This document shows positions 29,343-40,900 of a stretch of DNA of 64,000 nt, piece by piece. Below the pieces are notes generated by a model that was not told the DNA's origin, searched no databases, and saw only the letters and a program-made list of their open reading frames with translations. Position numbers and translations under genes: made by a program. The stretch comes from Entomortierella parvispora E1425. Its lineage: Eukaryota; Fungi; Mortierellomycota. Each line of letters begins with the position of its first letter. Positions within the stretch are counted from its first letter, which is position 1. The stretch spans positions 1,116,001 through 1,180,000 of the forward strand of contig BQFW01000012.1 in the NCBI GenBank assembly GCA_020891255.1. Direction: 5' to 3'.

Positions 29343-30250
29343 ATACAGAAAATAAATCGAAAATAAATCTGGAATGTTGAAATGAGGCGCAAGGGTGGCA
29401 ATGACGACGACAAGCCGCTCTGCGGAGGATTGTAAAGGGATCAAGAGTCCATGATGATGACGACGGAAACGGCCAGGGACACCACGAGGCGACGGCGACT
29501 TCTTTTGTTTGTCACACAGCTCAGCTTGAGGGCCAGGGGGCTGATCAGGAGGCAGTCGATACCGGACACATAAGAAATAAAGGGGCCAGGCACGAGTGCC
29601 ATCGATATCCGTCTTTCGCTCCCTTCCCCATCTGTTGACTGGGAGATGTGCAACGTGAGCAGCCCAGACTCCAAAAAAAAAAAAAAAGAAACCAACACGG
29701 ACACTCACTCGCTTCACTGTGACCATAGCCCACCCCGGCACTTTCTCATCGGACAATAAAGAAGAGGGAACAGGCGGGCGGTGTGACAGGGACGCGGCAC
29801 ACGGACTCCTGTAGCTGCGACACCCCTATTCAACCCCTATTATTATTGCTGTCAACAATAACATCATCCATCCACAACTAGAAGGGGGCAGGAGGCAGGG
29901 CACGGCGGGACAGACCAGGTGGCCATGTTCGATCAGCCCATGCCCTGGGTGTCTCTGGTTGGGCGAGGGCAAGTTGCACATTTGTTACCACCTATTTCTT
30001 TTTCTTTTTCCCTTTTCCTCTTCCCTTTTTTTCGACTTTCTGCAATCAACATACACCTCTCCTCTGCCATTCGTCTTGCAACTCTCTCTCCTCTTGGTTC
30101 TTACCCTACGTTTCCCTTTCTCCACTTCATTCTCCCTCTCCATAAGCCCACAGGGTTTACAAAAAAAAGAAAAAGTTCATTTCCCCAGACTCGACTATTT
30201 TTTATTTTTTTGTTTTCGTTTCCCGCCTCGTATCTTTTCATCGCAACTCA

Positions 30251-33004
30251 ATGGCAATGGCAGCAGGCTACCCACAGTCTCCTCCAAGGAGCACCTCTCC
30301 CCGACAGCAGCAGCAGCCATCGCAAATCACTTTCGGCACCTTTGCTCACCATGTCATGTCCTTACTCGAGAATGGCAAGTCTCAGTACTCTCTTTCTATT
30401 TCGAGGATGTGGTAACCCACGCTTTATCAGAAAGTAGCATGTGGGTGTCCTAACGTGATTTTTTTCTTTCTGCCCACCCTTGGGCTCTTCTTTTTTTTCT
30501 CCTACTGTTTTGTTTTTTTTCTCTCCCTGTCTTGTCTTTATCTAGGCAAAACTTTTACATTCACGACCACAACTAAGCGTCGCATCTCCAAGAACATGAT
30601 CTCAGAGCCAAAGAACTTTGAGCATTTGATTCATACAGAAACTGAGGCCGAGGCTACGCAAATTTTTAAGGACTGGATTCGAAATCCAAGTGCTGGAAAA
30701 CTTCCAGGTGAGTTCAAGGAAACAGAGGGGAAGGGTGGGAAAAAAAAAAGAAAAGAAAAGGAACTTGACCGTGTGATCGCCAACGATAGTGGGGACAACG
30801 AGAGAACCGTTTACCTAACGTGCTCCTCATTATTTTTATTTTTATTTTTCCTTCTGCTTGATTTTTTTTTGTAATTTGTTTTTTTGTTTTTTTTCCTTCT
30901 CTCGAGTTCCCTCCAAAGTGTCGCAAGTCAAGTTCGATCTTGTCAAACAGGAAGATTCAACGACTTTTGCTACCCCCCCCGAGACCCTGAAAGGCCCAGT
31001 CTTCCACACCAAACTCACACCCGAGGCAAGCGGATCCAAACCTCATCAGCGGGATGCTTCTTACGCGACCTTTGTTATTGCAGAAAACCATGATGATTCC
31101 GAAGGCGGTGCAGGAGGATCAACAGCAGGACCCTGGAACGACTATCTTGAGATCGAACGGTCTACAATCCCTTCCTTGTCAACTGTGGAACAATCCTCTT
31201 CAACAAAAATCTTTTTTGAGAGCTATTACCATCGACTATTGACCAATCCCTCGGGTCGATCTCGTCGTCGGCTTCAATTGGAACGTCAGCTAGAATCCCT
31301 GGGTATCTCAGAACAGGCCAAGGCCGAGATGCGCAAGGAATGGATGGAGAACGAGACTGACTACATGCGATTGTTACGAGAGAAGATATCTGTAAACTCG
31401 TTTTTAATCCTCAAGACTATCGGTCATGGAGCTTTTGGGGTCGTAAAGCTGGTCCAGGAAAAGGAGACAGGACTTTACTTTGCCATGAAAGTGATGCGTA
31501 AGGCCGATATGTTGAAGAAGGGTCAGGAGGGCCACGTTCGAGCCGAGCGGGATCTGATGACGGCCGCCTCCGAGTCTGCGGTGTGGATCGTCAAGTTGAT
31601 CTACTCGTTCCAGGACGCGGATCATTTGTATCTGGTGATGGAATACATGTCTGGAGGTGATCTCCTGAACCTGTTGATTGAGAAAGATATCTTTGAGGAG
31701 GACTTTGCAAAGTTTTATGTGGCCGAGATGGTTCTCTGTATTGAAGAGGCTCACAAGCTTGGCTACATCCATCGCGACATTAAGGTAACAGTCGCGCTTT
31801 CTTCAACTTTCGATAACCCCTTCCCCTGTGCCCATTCAAACCTGGCGAGCTGACACTGTTCCTTTCATCGTGTCAATGCTCGTTCTCTCTCTCTCTCGTT
31901 CGATTTTAGCCGGACAACTTTTTGTTCAACAAGGAAGGTCATATCAAGCTTTCCGACTTTGGTCTCGCCACCGACTTCCATTGGGCGCACGACACCGCCT
32001 ACTATGAGTCCCAACGACGGGCCCTTTTGAGAAAGACAGGTATCGACATTGAGAACACCGACACTCTCAAGCCCCGCAAAAAGACGGGCGGTAATAACTC
32101 CAAGGCGGCCGCAGCATTGGCCTTCAATCTCGATGACGAAGAATATTCGCAATCGATCGGTCGACCGCCCGCGAACCAGTCCATCCTTACCTGGCGCGAT
32201 CGGAATCGTAAAAAGATGGCCTTTTCGGTCGTCGGTACGAACAACTATATGGCCCCTGAGGTTCTTCGAGGCACGGGTTATGACCGAGGATGCGATTGGT
32301 GGTCCCTAGGCGTCATCATGTTCGAGATGCTCTATGGGTACCCACCATTCATCTCCAAATCTCGCCATACCACTCGACTCAAGATCATCAATTGGCGCCA
32401 GACCCTCAAATTCCCTGCCAAGCCTAAGGTCTCCAAGGAGGTCCAGGACTTGATTGAGAAGTTGATCTGTGAAAAGGAGTTTAGATTGGGTCGTTCACCG
32501 CCCCAGGCCCACAACTCAACCAAGCGCTGGTCTACAGTCTCACCCCATCTCATGACCCTTCAACAACAACAGCAGCAGAGCTTGAGCCTTCACAGCAACA
32601 GTCAGGGGTTGGGAGACGCCTCCGAGATCAAGAATCACCCTTGGTTCCGAGGCGTGGATTGGGCAGGTCTTCGGTCCCAACCCCCACCTTTTAAACCGGC
32701 TCTCAAAGACCCGGCCGATACCCGGTACTTTGATGAAATGGTCGATGATAATCCGATGGCGGCCCCTGAGGGTGAAGAGCGAGTGATCCGAGATCCTTTG
32801 CTTGGCAACAAGAACGAAGGCAGGCGGCTTTTGGACATGAGAAAGAAATTGGCTTTTGCTGGATATACCTTCCGTGGGTTCCACGCTCCAGGGGGTAAAA
32901 AGAGCAAAGACATGACGGATCATCTTCAGGGACTTAAGCTGGATTCAAAGGGTTGGAACATGGGCGTCACCGATTCTGTTCGTCTTCGAAGCATGAGTCT
33001 ATAG
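30251..33004 (+). CDS. NDR/LATS-family (Cbk1/Orb6-like) kinase with N-terminal CRIB motif
   Basis: Exon 1 30251-30374, then a GC-AG intron 30375-30545. Exon 2 carries ISEPKNFEHLIH. Also a MOB-binding NTR (YYHRLL..RSRRRLQLE..ENETDYMRLLREKI), IGHGAFGVV, HRDIK|PDN, AFSVVGTNNYMAPEV and hydrophobic motif FAGYTF. Confidence 0.88.
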
Positions 33005-33579
33005 TCGACGGGTTTTGTTCTTTGCCGCTGTTTGGGAGCTGTTCTCATGAGCACTATAGGGGCGGTGATCTGAGTACAAAAGGGTTTGGCCACGTATTTT
33101 CGGCGGTTGTATATAGCTGGCTTCTTGCTTGAAACCTGACTGAAAAAATGAAGCAAAAGAATGCCGACAAATAAGTGCCTCCCTTCAACATTGGGACAAA
33201 GCAAAAGAGGTTAGTCCTTAAATGGAGATGGTCAAAAAGCAATTTATTGTATGAGGGGATGGCTGGTATTAAAGTACAAAGGTTGACGAGTGGGTTGACG
33301 AGTGGGTTGACTTGTTCCCCCTACTCTGTTGGGATGGGGCAGAGGTTTTGGTTTGCTGATGTGTAAGAAGGAAGGTAATGACCTGTCCGATCGCGTATCC
33401 TTTGAGAGATTGTCCAGATCACGTTCTGAATCCTGATCCATCCATAGCAGTGATCATTGAGTTGTTTGTGGTCAAAATCTGTTTAGAAAAAAGAAACAGA
33501 ATTGTTAGAGAGTGTATTGGAGACTGATTGGTGACAGTGGGTGCTGTTCCTGAGTGTTGATCGTGCAGTTCCTTACAGT

Positions 33580-33867
33580 CTATCCCTGTCTCTGCTTGTG
33601 CTTCTGGTTCTTGGAGCAGATGATGAAGACACGGCCACGACGCTTGACCGAGGAGCAGCCTTCGCAGATCTTCTTGACGGAAGCTCTGACCTTCATGCCC
33701 CTGGTGGCACCGAATCCTGAGGAAGGCAAAGAGACGGCAGCATTGTTGGCAGACTGGATCTGCTGTTGACGGGCCATGAGGGCAACGGCGGAGGTAGGGC
33801 GGACCATAAGAGGAATGGCGGTCATGCGCACACCCATGGACCGGGTCAAAGCGGTGATGAAGGACAT
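33580..33867 (-). CDS. RTC6: Mitochondrial ribosomal protein bL36m
   Basis: An Arg/Ala-rich presequence precedes the bL36 zinc-ribbon core [39 protein letters not shown]. Confidence 0.95.
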   Translation of the reverse strand: MSFITALTRSMGVRMTAIPLMVRPTSAVALMARQQQIQSANNAAVSLPSSGFGATRGMKVRASVKKICEGCSSVKRRGRVFIICSKNQKHKQRQG

Positions 33868-34090
33868 TGTTGTGGCAGAGAGTGAGAGTGATGGTCAATG
33901 AGAAAGGATGCACAACCATGCTTGGGCGAGGCGAAGCGGAACTCTAGACAGTCACAATGTCACAATGTTTACTGTGACTGTCTCGCAGTCCATGCTCTTG
34001 ACCATCGCTCGTGCACTTCGGACATCCATCGCATCTCCAGAAGACGGCCCTTAGAGACACTCGCATAGCAGGACAGAGAGACTCATCCAC

Positions 34091-35477
34091 ATGGCTGCAC
34101 CAGCATCAACGATAACCCGGACTACCTCGTTCCTCGTCCGCGCCACTGTGTCGTCAGTGAGGAAGAGCGGACCTTCAGCTATCACCGCCACCACAACCAC
34201 CGCATCATATACCACCGCCACTGCCCCGCGATCTATTGCCAAAGAAGTATGCAATAGAACCAGATGTCTGAAGTCGAATTCTAGCTTGCACCATCCCATC
34301 GCCAGATGCTTTGCTGGATCCGATCGGAGGGCTCTGCGGTGTCTAAGCACAGCTAGCGGGAGTGGCGACAGTGGCAACAAGACAGGACAGAGCAAATGGA
34401 ATATTTCCGAGAAACTATCAAATCCCACCACTACTACCATGGACCACTCGCCATCGAGGCCAGCGGCGGTGCCGGCACCGAAGCCAATGAGAATTGCGCT
34501 AGGAGGTAGTTCCTGGGATTCGATCAAGGATGATATCAACGACGAATTGATAAATCCTCCAGAGGATAGTCAAGCCAACATAGCGGTCAACTTGAAAAAG
34601 CTGGAAGCTATCTCTAAAGGTAAATGATGACGGGATTGTTTTAGCAACGACTACAGGGATGAGAATCCAAAAGAAAATGCGACCTTAGAGTTTACTCATA
34701 ATGATTTACTGCTCTTCCTCACTCCCTCCCATAACCTCGGCCCTCACTGAAGTGCTCAAGCGGAAACAGGCATACTCCCCATACTTGATCATTTCACAAC
34801 TGCCGCCAACAGTGATGCCGGATGATATTCAACGGATGGCTGTTGCAGAGGACAGTATTGTCGACATAATCTATCATAGGAATCAGTTCATGGAGTTCTT
34901 GAACAGAGTGACAGTCGTCTTCAAATCGGCTACGGACGCGGTCGAGTTTTTGACACAAAGATATGGCAAGTTTCTATCTGGACACAAGCTGAAGATGAGC
35001 ATGGTAAGTAAAAGAGAACCCATCGTCGGTCATTCATTCGTTCGTTCATTTATGGTGGGATATGAAAGTAGTGAAAGTTGCTGACCTCATTGTCACTTTA
35101 ACTTTTCTATTCTATGAACACCAAAACCTTTCCAATGCAAACAGTTGGATCCCTATGACCAAAATGATAAGCGCTGGATCCCACCTCACTTAAAGCCAGA
35201 GCCACTCTCCGGACAAATGGTGCTCGTCTCTGGATTACCTGCAGCTTCCCGACCGGACCATATTCGGACAGAGTTCCGTCGGTTCCAATTGATGGACACG
35301 ACTGAGGCTGCCATCATCCCTGTCCCCTCCAAAAGAATGGCTTCCACCTGTCAGTACTTGATCCGACTCTCTAGTCGATCTGAAGCTTTTCGGTTCGTGA
35401 GAACTTACCACAATTCTTTTTACCAGTATCAAGAGTTTCGTAAGCGGTGTCCGATCCGTGCCACCGTGATCTACTAG
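34091..35477 (+). CDS. Probable mitochondrial protein with two RRM-like domains, function unknown
   Basis: Presequence-like N-terminus (Arg/Ser/Thr/Ala-rich, few acidic residues). RRM-like segments YLIISQLPPTVMPDDIQRMA..VTVVFKSATDAVEF and MVLVSGLPAASRPDHIRTEF..YLIRLSSRSEAFRFVRTYHN. Two GT-AG introns inferred. Confidence 0.7.
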
Positions 35478-36811
35478 ATGACTCTTCCCAAAAAGCATAA
35501 TGCAAACCCCCCCCCCTCCCTCCCTCCCCAATAGAGTCAAGAAATCATGTAATAAATGAACCTGAAGAACGCTAGGGACAAACGAAATAGAGTCAGGGAT
35601 GGACCGTTTTTAGTTCTTTAGGAGAACTCGCTCGATGCAAAACTCTCCTTGACCCTTCCCCCCTTTTTGACCAGTCAAGTTCAGGTACCTCCAATGGCTT
35701 CTTTGTTGGTCTAATGTTTGTTGTGAAAAGGGCGAGTCAAAGAGGCACTGAAGCGAAGGGAAAAAAAAAAGGGATCAAAAGGGATCTTCCAAACATTGGC
35801 GCGCTTCGCCGAGAGTTTTCTTTGTCCACCGAATTCAGGAGGTGCCCGTTATCGTTATCAATGGCACCTTTTCTTGGCACCCTTTTCACCCTCCTCCATC
35901 CCTCCTTCCCTGTTCCATCCAAGTTCGCCCAAAAACCAGTAGCCACAACTGGAGCCACCAATGAAAGTATAATACAAGACAGGGAGAAAGAGAAGTAAGA
36001 GGGCAGTGCGGCAACCACAAAAAGAAAAGAAAAAGAAAAAGAGAAAAAAGAGGAGGGATCAAAACGGAAGGTGCAGATTGGTTCTTCATCTTACAGGTAG
36101 GAGGAAGGTGCTGGCCAGCCATCAGAATTTTTTGCCTTTGCATGTGTTGTGTACGACAAAGGGGATAGGATCAAGCTGCATCTCTCTTTTTCTACACTGC
36201 AGCTCGTAAGTAACGGTGAGAAGCACCGAAGAAAAAGAAGAGTGTAGAACAAAGAAGAGAGAGAGAGAGCGAGAGCGAGACATAACGAGCAAAGAGAGGG
36301 AGGGAGGGAAGAGAGAGATCGTAGTAACGGCCATCCGCCATCGTGGTTCCTTACCTCTTTTCCTCCAGCATATCTATTCTGGTTAAGGAAGGCAGTTGGC
36401 AGATGAAGGAGAACGGTCAAGTAGAAATCTTCTACCCTCCGCTCATTAGGCAGTAATCGCGTCTTCTGCTCCTGGTGCCCTTACTTTCTATGCCATGCAC
36501 AGCTTGTCTCCCGTTGAGTGCTTGGTTCCTCCTGGGCTATCGCGTCCATTCCCCTTCCCTTTTCGGAGCTCAAGGGATGTAACTGACGACGCGCGCGCGC
36601 ACCGATCTTGCACTCCCTGATGCGGTCAGAAGGAATGCCGGAAGGTATAAGTACTCAAGGATCCCCCTCCTATCGCCTTCTCTTTTTCTCTATCCCACAT
36701 CCTTCCTTCTTCTCTTCCCTTCAAACCACTACCCTCCATCCTCCCAAAGGCGATCCACCCACAACTTCAAGCAAGCCCCTCTCCTCTCTTCTATAATAGT
36801 AATAATACACC

Positions 36812-37840
36812 ATGCACTCCCAAAACGTCTACATTGCGTTGGCGGCAGCTCTCTCTATCTTGGCCACAACTACCTCGTCCGTTCACTGCATGGCAGTCCT
36901 CCCATCGCAGGACTTGGCTACCGCTCAGTATGTGGCCACCGAAAACATGGCCGCTCGGTCTCTCTTCCGTCGCCACCACGACCACGACCACGACCAGGGC
37001 AAGGACAACGAGGATAACGATGGGGGCAAGGGTGGTAAGAAGGGTCACCACCACGGTGGCAAAGATGGCAAGGGCAAAGGCGACAAGGACGGAAAGAAGG
37101 ACGGAAAAGGCAAGGGCAGCAAGAGCGACAAGGGCCACAAGGACGACGGTGGTAGGAAAGGGAAGGGAGATGACCACAAGAGGGACGGTGACAAGAGGGA
37201 TGGTGACAAGAAGGGCCATGGCGACAAGAAGGGCCATGGTGACAAGAAGGATGGCGGTGACAAGAAGGCCGACGACAAGCAAGACAGCAACAAGGGCCAC
37301 CAAGAAGTCGATGCTCCCAAAAAAGATGCCGAGCCAAATGCTCCCGAGGCTCCCGAAGATACTACCAATGCCCCTGAGGACGCCCCCAAGGCCCCCAAAG
37401 ACACTCCTAAGGCTCCCGAGATGGGCGTAGTCTCCGGCACTGAAAATAACGATCCCACGGCCAAAGAACCGAAGACCGACAGCCCTCCTCCTGTCGCGGA
37501 TCCAGCTAATCCCACCGAGCCTGAGAGTCCTGCTCCCTCCACCACTGAACAGGCCACTCCTTTGGCTACTGAGCCTGAGGATCCTGCCGCTACCTCAAAG
37601 GCTGCACCCTGGGGTGATGCCATGCCCACAGGCGCGACTCCAACCGCGACAGGACCTGCCACACCACCTGCCACGCTCCAGCCACCCTCCAATGCCAACG
37701 CGACTCACACAACCAAGCCAGGTTCAAACCAGACCACACCCCTCCCACCTACTGGCGCTGCCAATGGTGCCTCTACTGTCAAGAGCCAGGCCGCCACCCT
37801 TGGGCTCGTGTCCTTGGTCGTGGCAGCTTATTTCTTCTAA
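36812..37840 (+). CDS. Secreted GPI-anchored protein with His/Asp/Lys/Gly-rich repeats and a Pro/Thr-rich stalk
   Basis: Single exon. Signal peptide, then RSLFRR followed by HHDHDHD and GDKK/GHGDKK repeats, a P/E/T-rich stalk, and a C-terminal GPI signal (NGASTVKSQAATLGLVSLVVAAYFF). Confidence 0.85.
   Translation: MHSQNVYIALAAALSILATTTSSVHCMAVLPSQDLATAQYVATENMAARSLFRRHHDHDHDQGKDNEDNDGGKGGKKGHHHGGKDGKGKGDKDGKKDGKGKGSKSDKGHKDDGGRKGKGDDHKRDGDKRDGDKKGHGDKKGHGDKKDGGDKKADDKQDSNKGHQEVDAPKKDAEPNAPEAPEDTTNAPEDAPKAPKDTPKAPEMGVVSGTENNDPTAKEPKTDSPPPVADPANPTEPESPAPSTTEQATPLATEPEDPAATSKAAPWGDAMPTGATPTATGPATPPATLQPPSNANATHTTKPGSNQTTPLPPTGAANGASTVKSQAATLGLVSLVVAAYFF
37187..37270 (+). repeat. Coding tandem repeat of 15-18 bp GGTGACAAG(A/G)... 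units
   Basis: ggtgacaagagggat / ggtgacaagaagggccat / ggcgacaagaagggccat / ggtgacaagaaggatggc / ggtgacaagaaggcc. Confidence 0.9.
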
Positions 37841-37927
37841 ACGAGCTCATGCTATGTAATTTTCATACCATCTATTAATATCATTCAACAACATAATAAA
37901 AATGCTTATATTTATTTACAAATGATT

Positions 37928-40900
37928 CTAGGGCTCGTTTGATGCTGGCGATATAGGGTCTTTGCTCCATTCATACTTGTCCACCATGGTTGCCAAATGC
38001 TAGTGACCAAGGAACGATATAACAAAATTAGCCAACCTATACCTAGTTTATCAATGTCATCACAATTTTCGGATGCTTACCACAATGATGTCCCAATCGT
38101 CCTCACCCGAAACACCTCCTAATAGTTCTCGTACTATGACTTCTTCTTCCTCAGTGAGGACAACTTGTTCCTTTTGCGGAGGTGGGTTCTTCTCAGCAGA
38201 TATTGGTTTTTCCTGCGACTGAGATGGCTGACCTTTTAACTGTTGTTGGCTTTGTTGATGCAAAAGCGTGTTTCGGTTCAAGGCCAACTCGCCTTCCTTT
38301 TGCTTCCACGGAGTTGCTACACCAGGGCGAATTCCTTCCATGGATGACCTACGCAAAGAGTCCAAAGATGTTCTCCCTAATCGGCTCTGAGGACCAGAGC
38401 CTGGTGTTGAAGGTGTGTTCAATCGACGCGGCGACCCCCCAGAATCTACAGCAAAGGTTTCCGCTGAAGTCTCGTACTCCGTGGCGCTTTCTTTACTCCC
38501 TGGATCGAGGTCATACGTACTGCTAGTAGAATAGGGGCGCTGCCGTCGATGATGACGAGGATTTCGGTGCCGATCAGTCTCGCTGTCGTCATATTCAGAT
38601 CGGGTGGTCAACGACGGTCCAGGAGCTGAGCTTATTGTTCGCGATAGAGTGTCTAGTGAGCCAACTGAGCGCGGAGCGGATCTTGCACCCACGCTTGAGA
38701 GCGAGTCAAGGCGCCGGTGACCAATATAGGGTGCTGTCGTTGTAGGAGCAAAGGAAGGTCCTGGCAAAGTAGGAGACGTTATCCTGGAAGTATTGGCTGA
38801 AGAGGATTGGCTGCCCCTGGTCGATTCCATCAGTGCAGCAGAAGTTGGCCGCGAAGGCGATATCATTCTTGTAGGTTCCCGCGAAGCCATTTCTTCGATG
38901 GTGAGGGGCATCTCTTGACTCAGGCTCGTCATATCAGGGAATAACGGTCTGTCCATATCAGTTAGATCCGTATTGAACCGGGAATGGTTTGAAGGGTAAG
39001 CTGAGAGGCTCGGTGTCTGCGCGGGCGTGGTCATTGAGTCGGCCGTATAGACTAGTGGCGGCGACGACTGTTCGTCGAGGGTCTCCTTGGTATCTTTATC
39101 CGCAGCTGGATCCAGGGTCACACGTTCTTGAGTTTTGTCAGAGTCTGCCTCCAACTGACTATCCTCTTTCCCTTTCCCTTTGACTTTTTCACCTTGGTCA
39201 ACTATGTCACCCACTCCTTGAATATGAGCCGCCAATTCTTCCAAATCTCCTTCGCTCGCGTTCCGACTCCTTCGTTTACGCTTCGACTTCAACCAAGCCT
39301 TGGCTTTCGCTCGGGTGGAGCCACGTCTCTTGACATCCTTACTTAGGCTCGAGTCTGTAAAATCGTGGCTGGTCCGAGGACTAATTTGCTCAACTGACCT
39401 CTGCTGCCGTCCATCCTCTTCCAGGCTAGACAAACGGACATCCAAATGTGCATCACTCCCTGTTGAGCCTGAGGATGGGTTTGGTGGATCGGCCACTATC
39501 CCTGGGGTAGACGAGTGGCCAAATGACATGGAGCGGAGGGCACCGGCTAGGCTTCGGAATGAGCCCGATGGTGGAGAAACAGCAAGTTGATCCGTCTCAT
39601 CGATACGTCGATCCTCTGAAGACTGGAGCAATCTCCCATCTGATTTTGAAAAGGGGGGATGGAGCGACAAAGGCCGCTTGGGCTTTAGTCGTCTCAAGCC
39701 CACGACGCTTTTGCTAGGAGATGAGTTCAATGGCGTGAGAGCATCCGCAAGTGCGGCATGAGTATCATCTACCCTTTGGTCTGTTGATCCGTCGTCGTGA
39801 TCCGGTGAGCGCATTGACGAGTCGTACTTCTCATCTTGGAAGTCATTCATATCTCCAGTAACATCTGAATCACTGGCGCTAGGTAGCCCTGTCTTCTCCT
39901 TGAAAACACGAAAATGTTCGATATCTGCCTTGCGAATTCGTTCCCGCTCTCGTTCCCGATCACGCTCCTTCTCCTTTTCCTTTCGACTTGGACTAGGGTG
40001 ATTTGCACCTGAAGGGTTTCGGGACCTCCGATTCCCTCCAGGACTGGAGCGACCACTATTGATCCGACGTCTTCGTCCTTGCGCTCCATCAAGGGTCTTT
40101 TCTGAATCCTGGCGTCCAAAGGCGGCTAAGGCGGGGTCAATCATGGCGACACTCTTGGCACTCCAGTACTCGAACCATTTTTTCCATTTGCGCATTCCCT
40201 GAGATGTTGTGTACTGCATTGGTCCCCCGCTAAGACTTGATTCATCCCCAGAGACCTCGACACCCTCTCCATATCTCGACGAGCGTTCACGCCTGTCAAA
40301 ATGTGGCTCACTCCGAGTGTGATCCAAAGGCGAGCGCCTTGCTCGACCGCCCAGACTCTCAGAGCGTTCGTGGTGGCCCTTTTCATCATCCGAAGAATCC
40401 CGCGACGATAAGGATGCAGATCGGACTGCAGAGCCTCTAGACAGGATAGTGGCTCCAAGGTGATGAGTGGACGGATAGGCAGATGTGTCCCTTCGACTAA
40501 CTCGCGAGATGCCGCTACTCTTGCTCAGAAGAGGCGACTGACGTGAGCTGCGAAAGTTGTTTTGGTACGAGAAAGACTCGCCGTCGTCCGAGGCCCCACT
40601 GGAATAAAAGGACTGAGCTCCTGGGTGAGATAATAGACTGGCATGGTAGAGTCTTCCATGAAGGACTAAATGATAGTACAAGAAGGCCTTAAGGAGGATT
40701 TCGGACAGCTTGCCATCGACGAAAGCCAGGAAGGAGGTGTCTTCCGCAAAAATGCTTAGATTGCGAAAGATGGCCTCCAGAAAGATCCCGTCTGTGTATT
40801 GTCGACCATTCACCCAAGTAAGTGTGTCGTAATCCAGAACACAGATCTCGGATTCTAGAAACTTGGGGTCGATCCTGCTCGAGTCCACACCAATCATCGA

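Noticed and set aside
34620-34752. Box C (ATGATGA) and box D (CTGA) motifs in the first intron of the RRM-like gene
   Set aside because: The boxes abut the splice sites, with no terminal stem and no recognisable guide; not supportable as a snoRNA.
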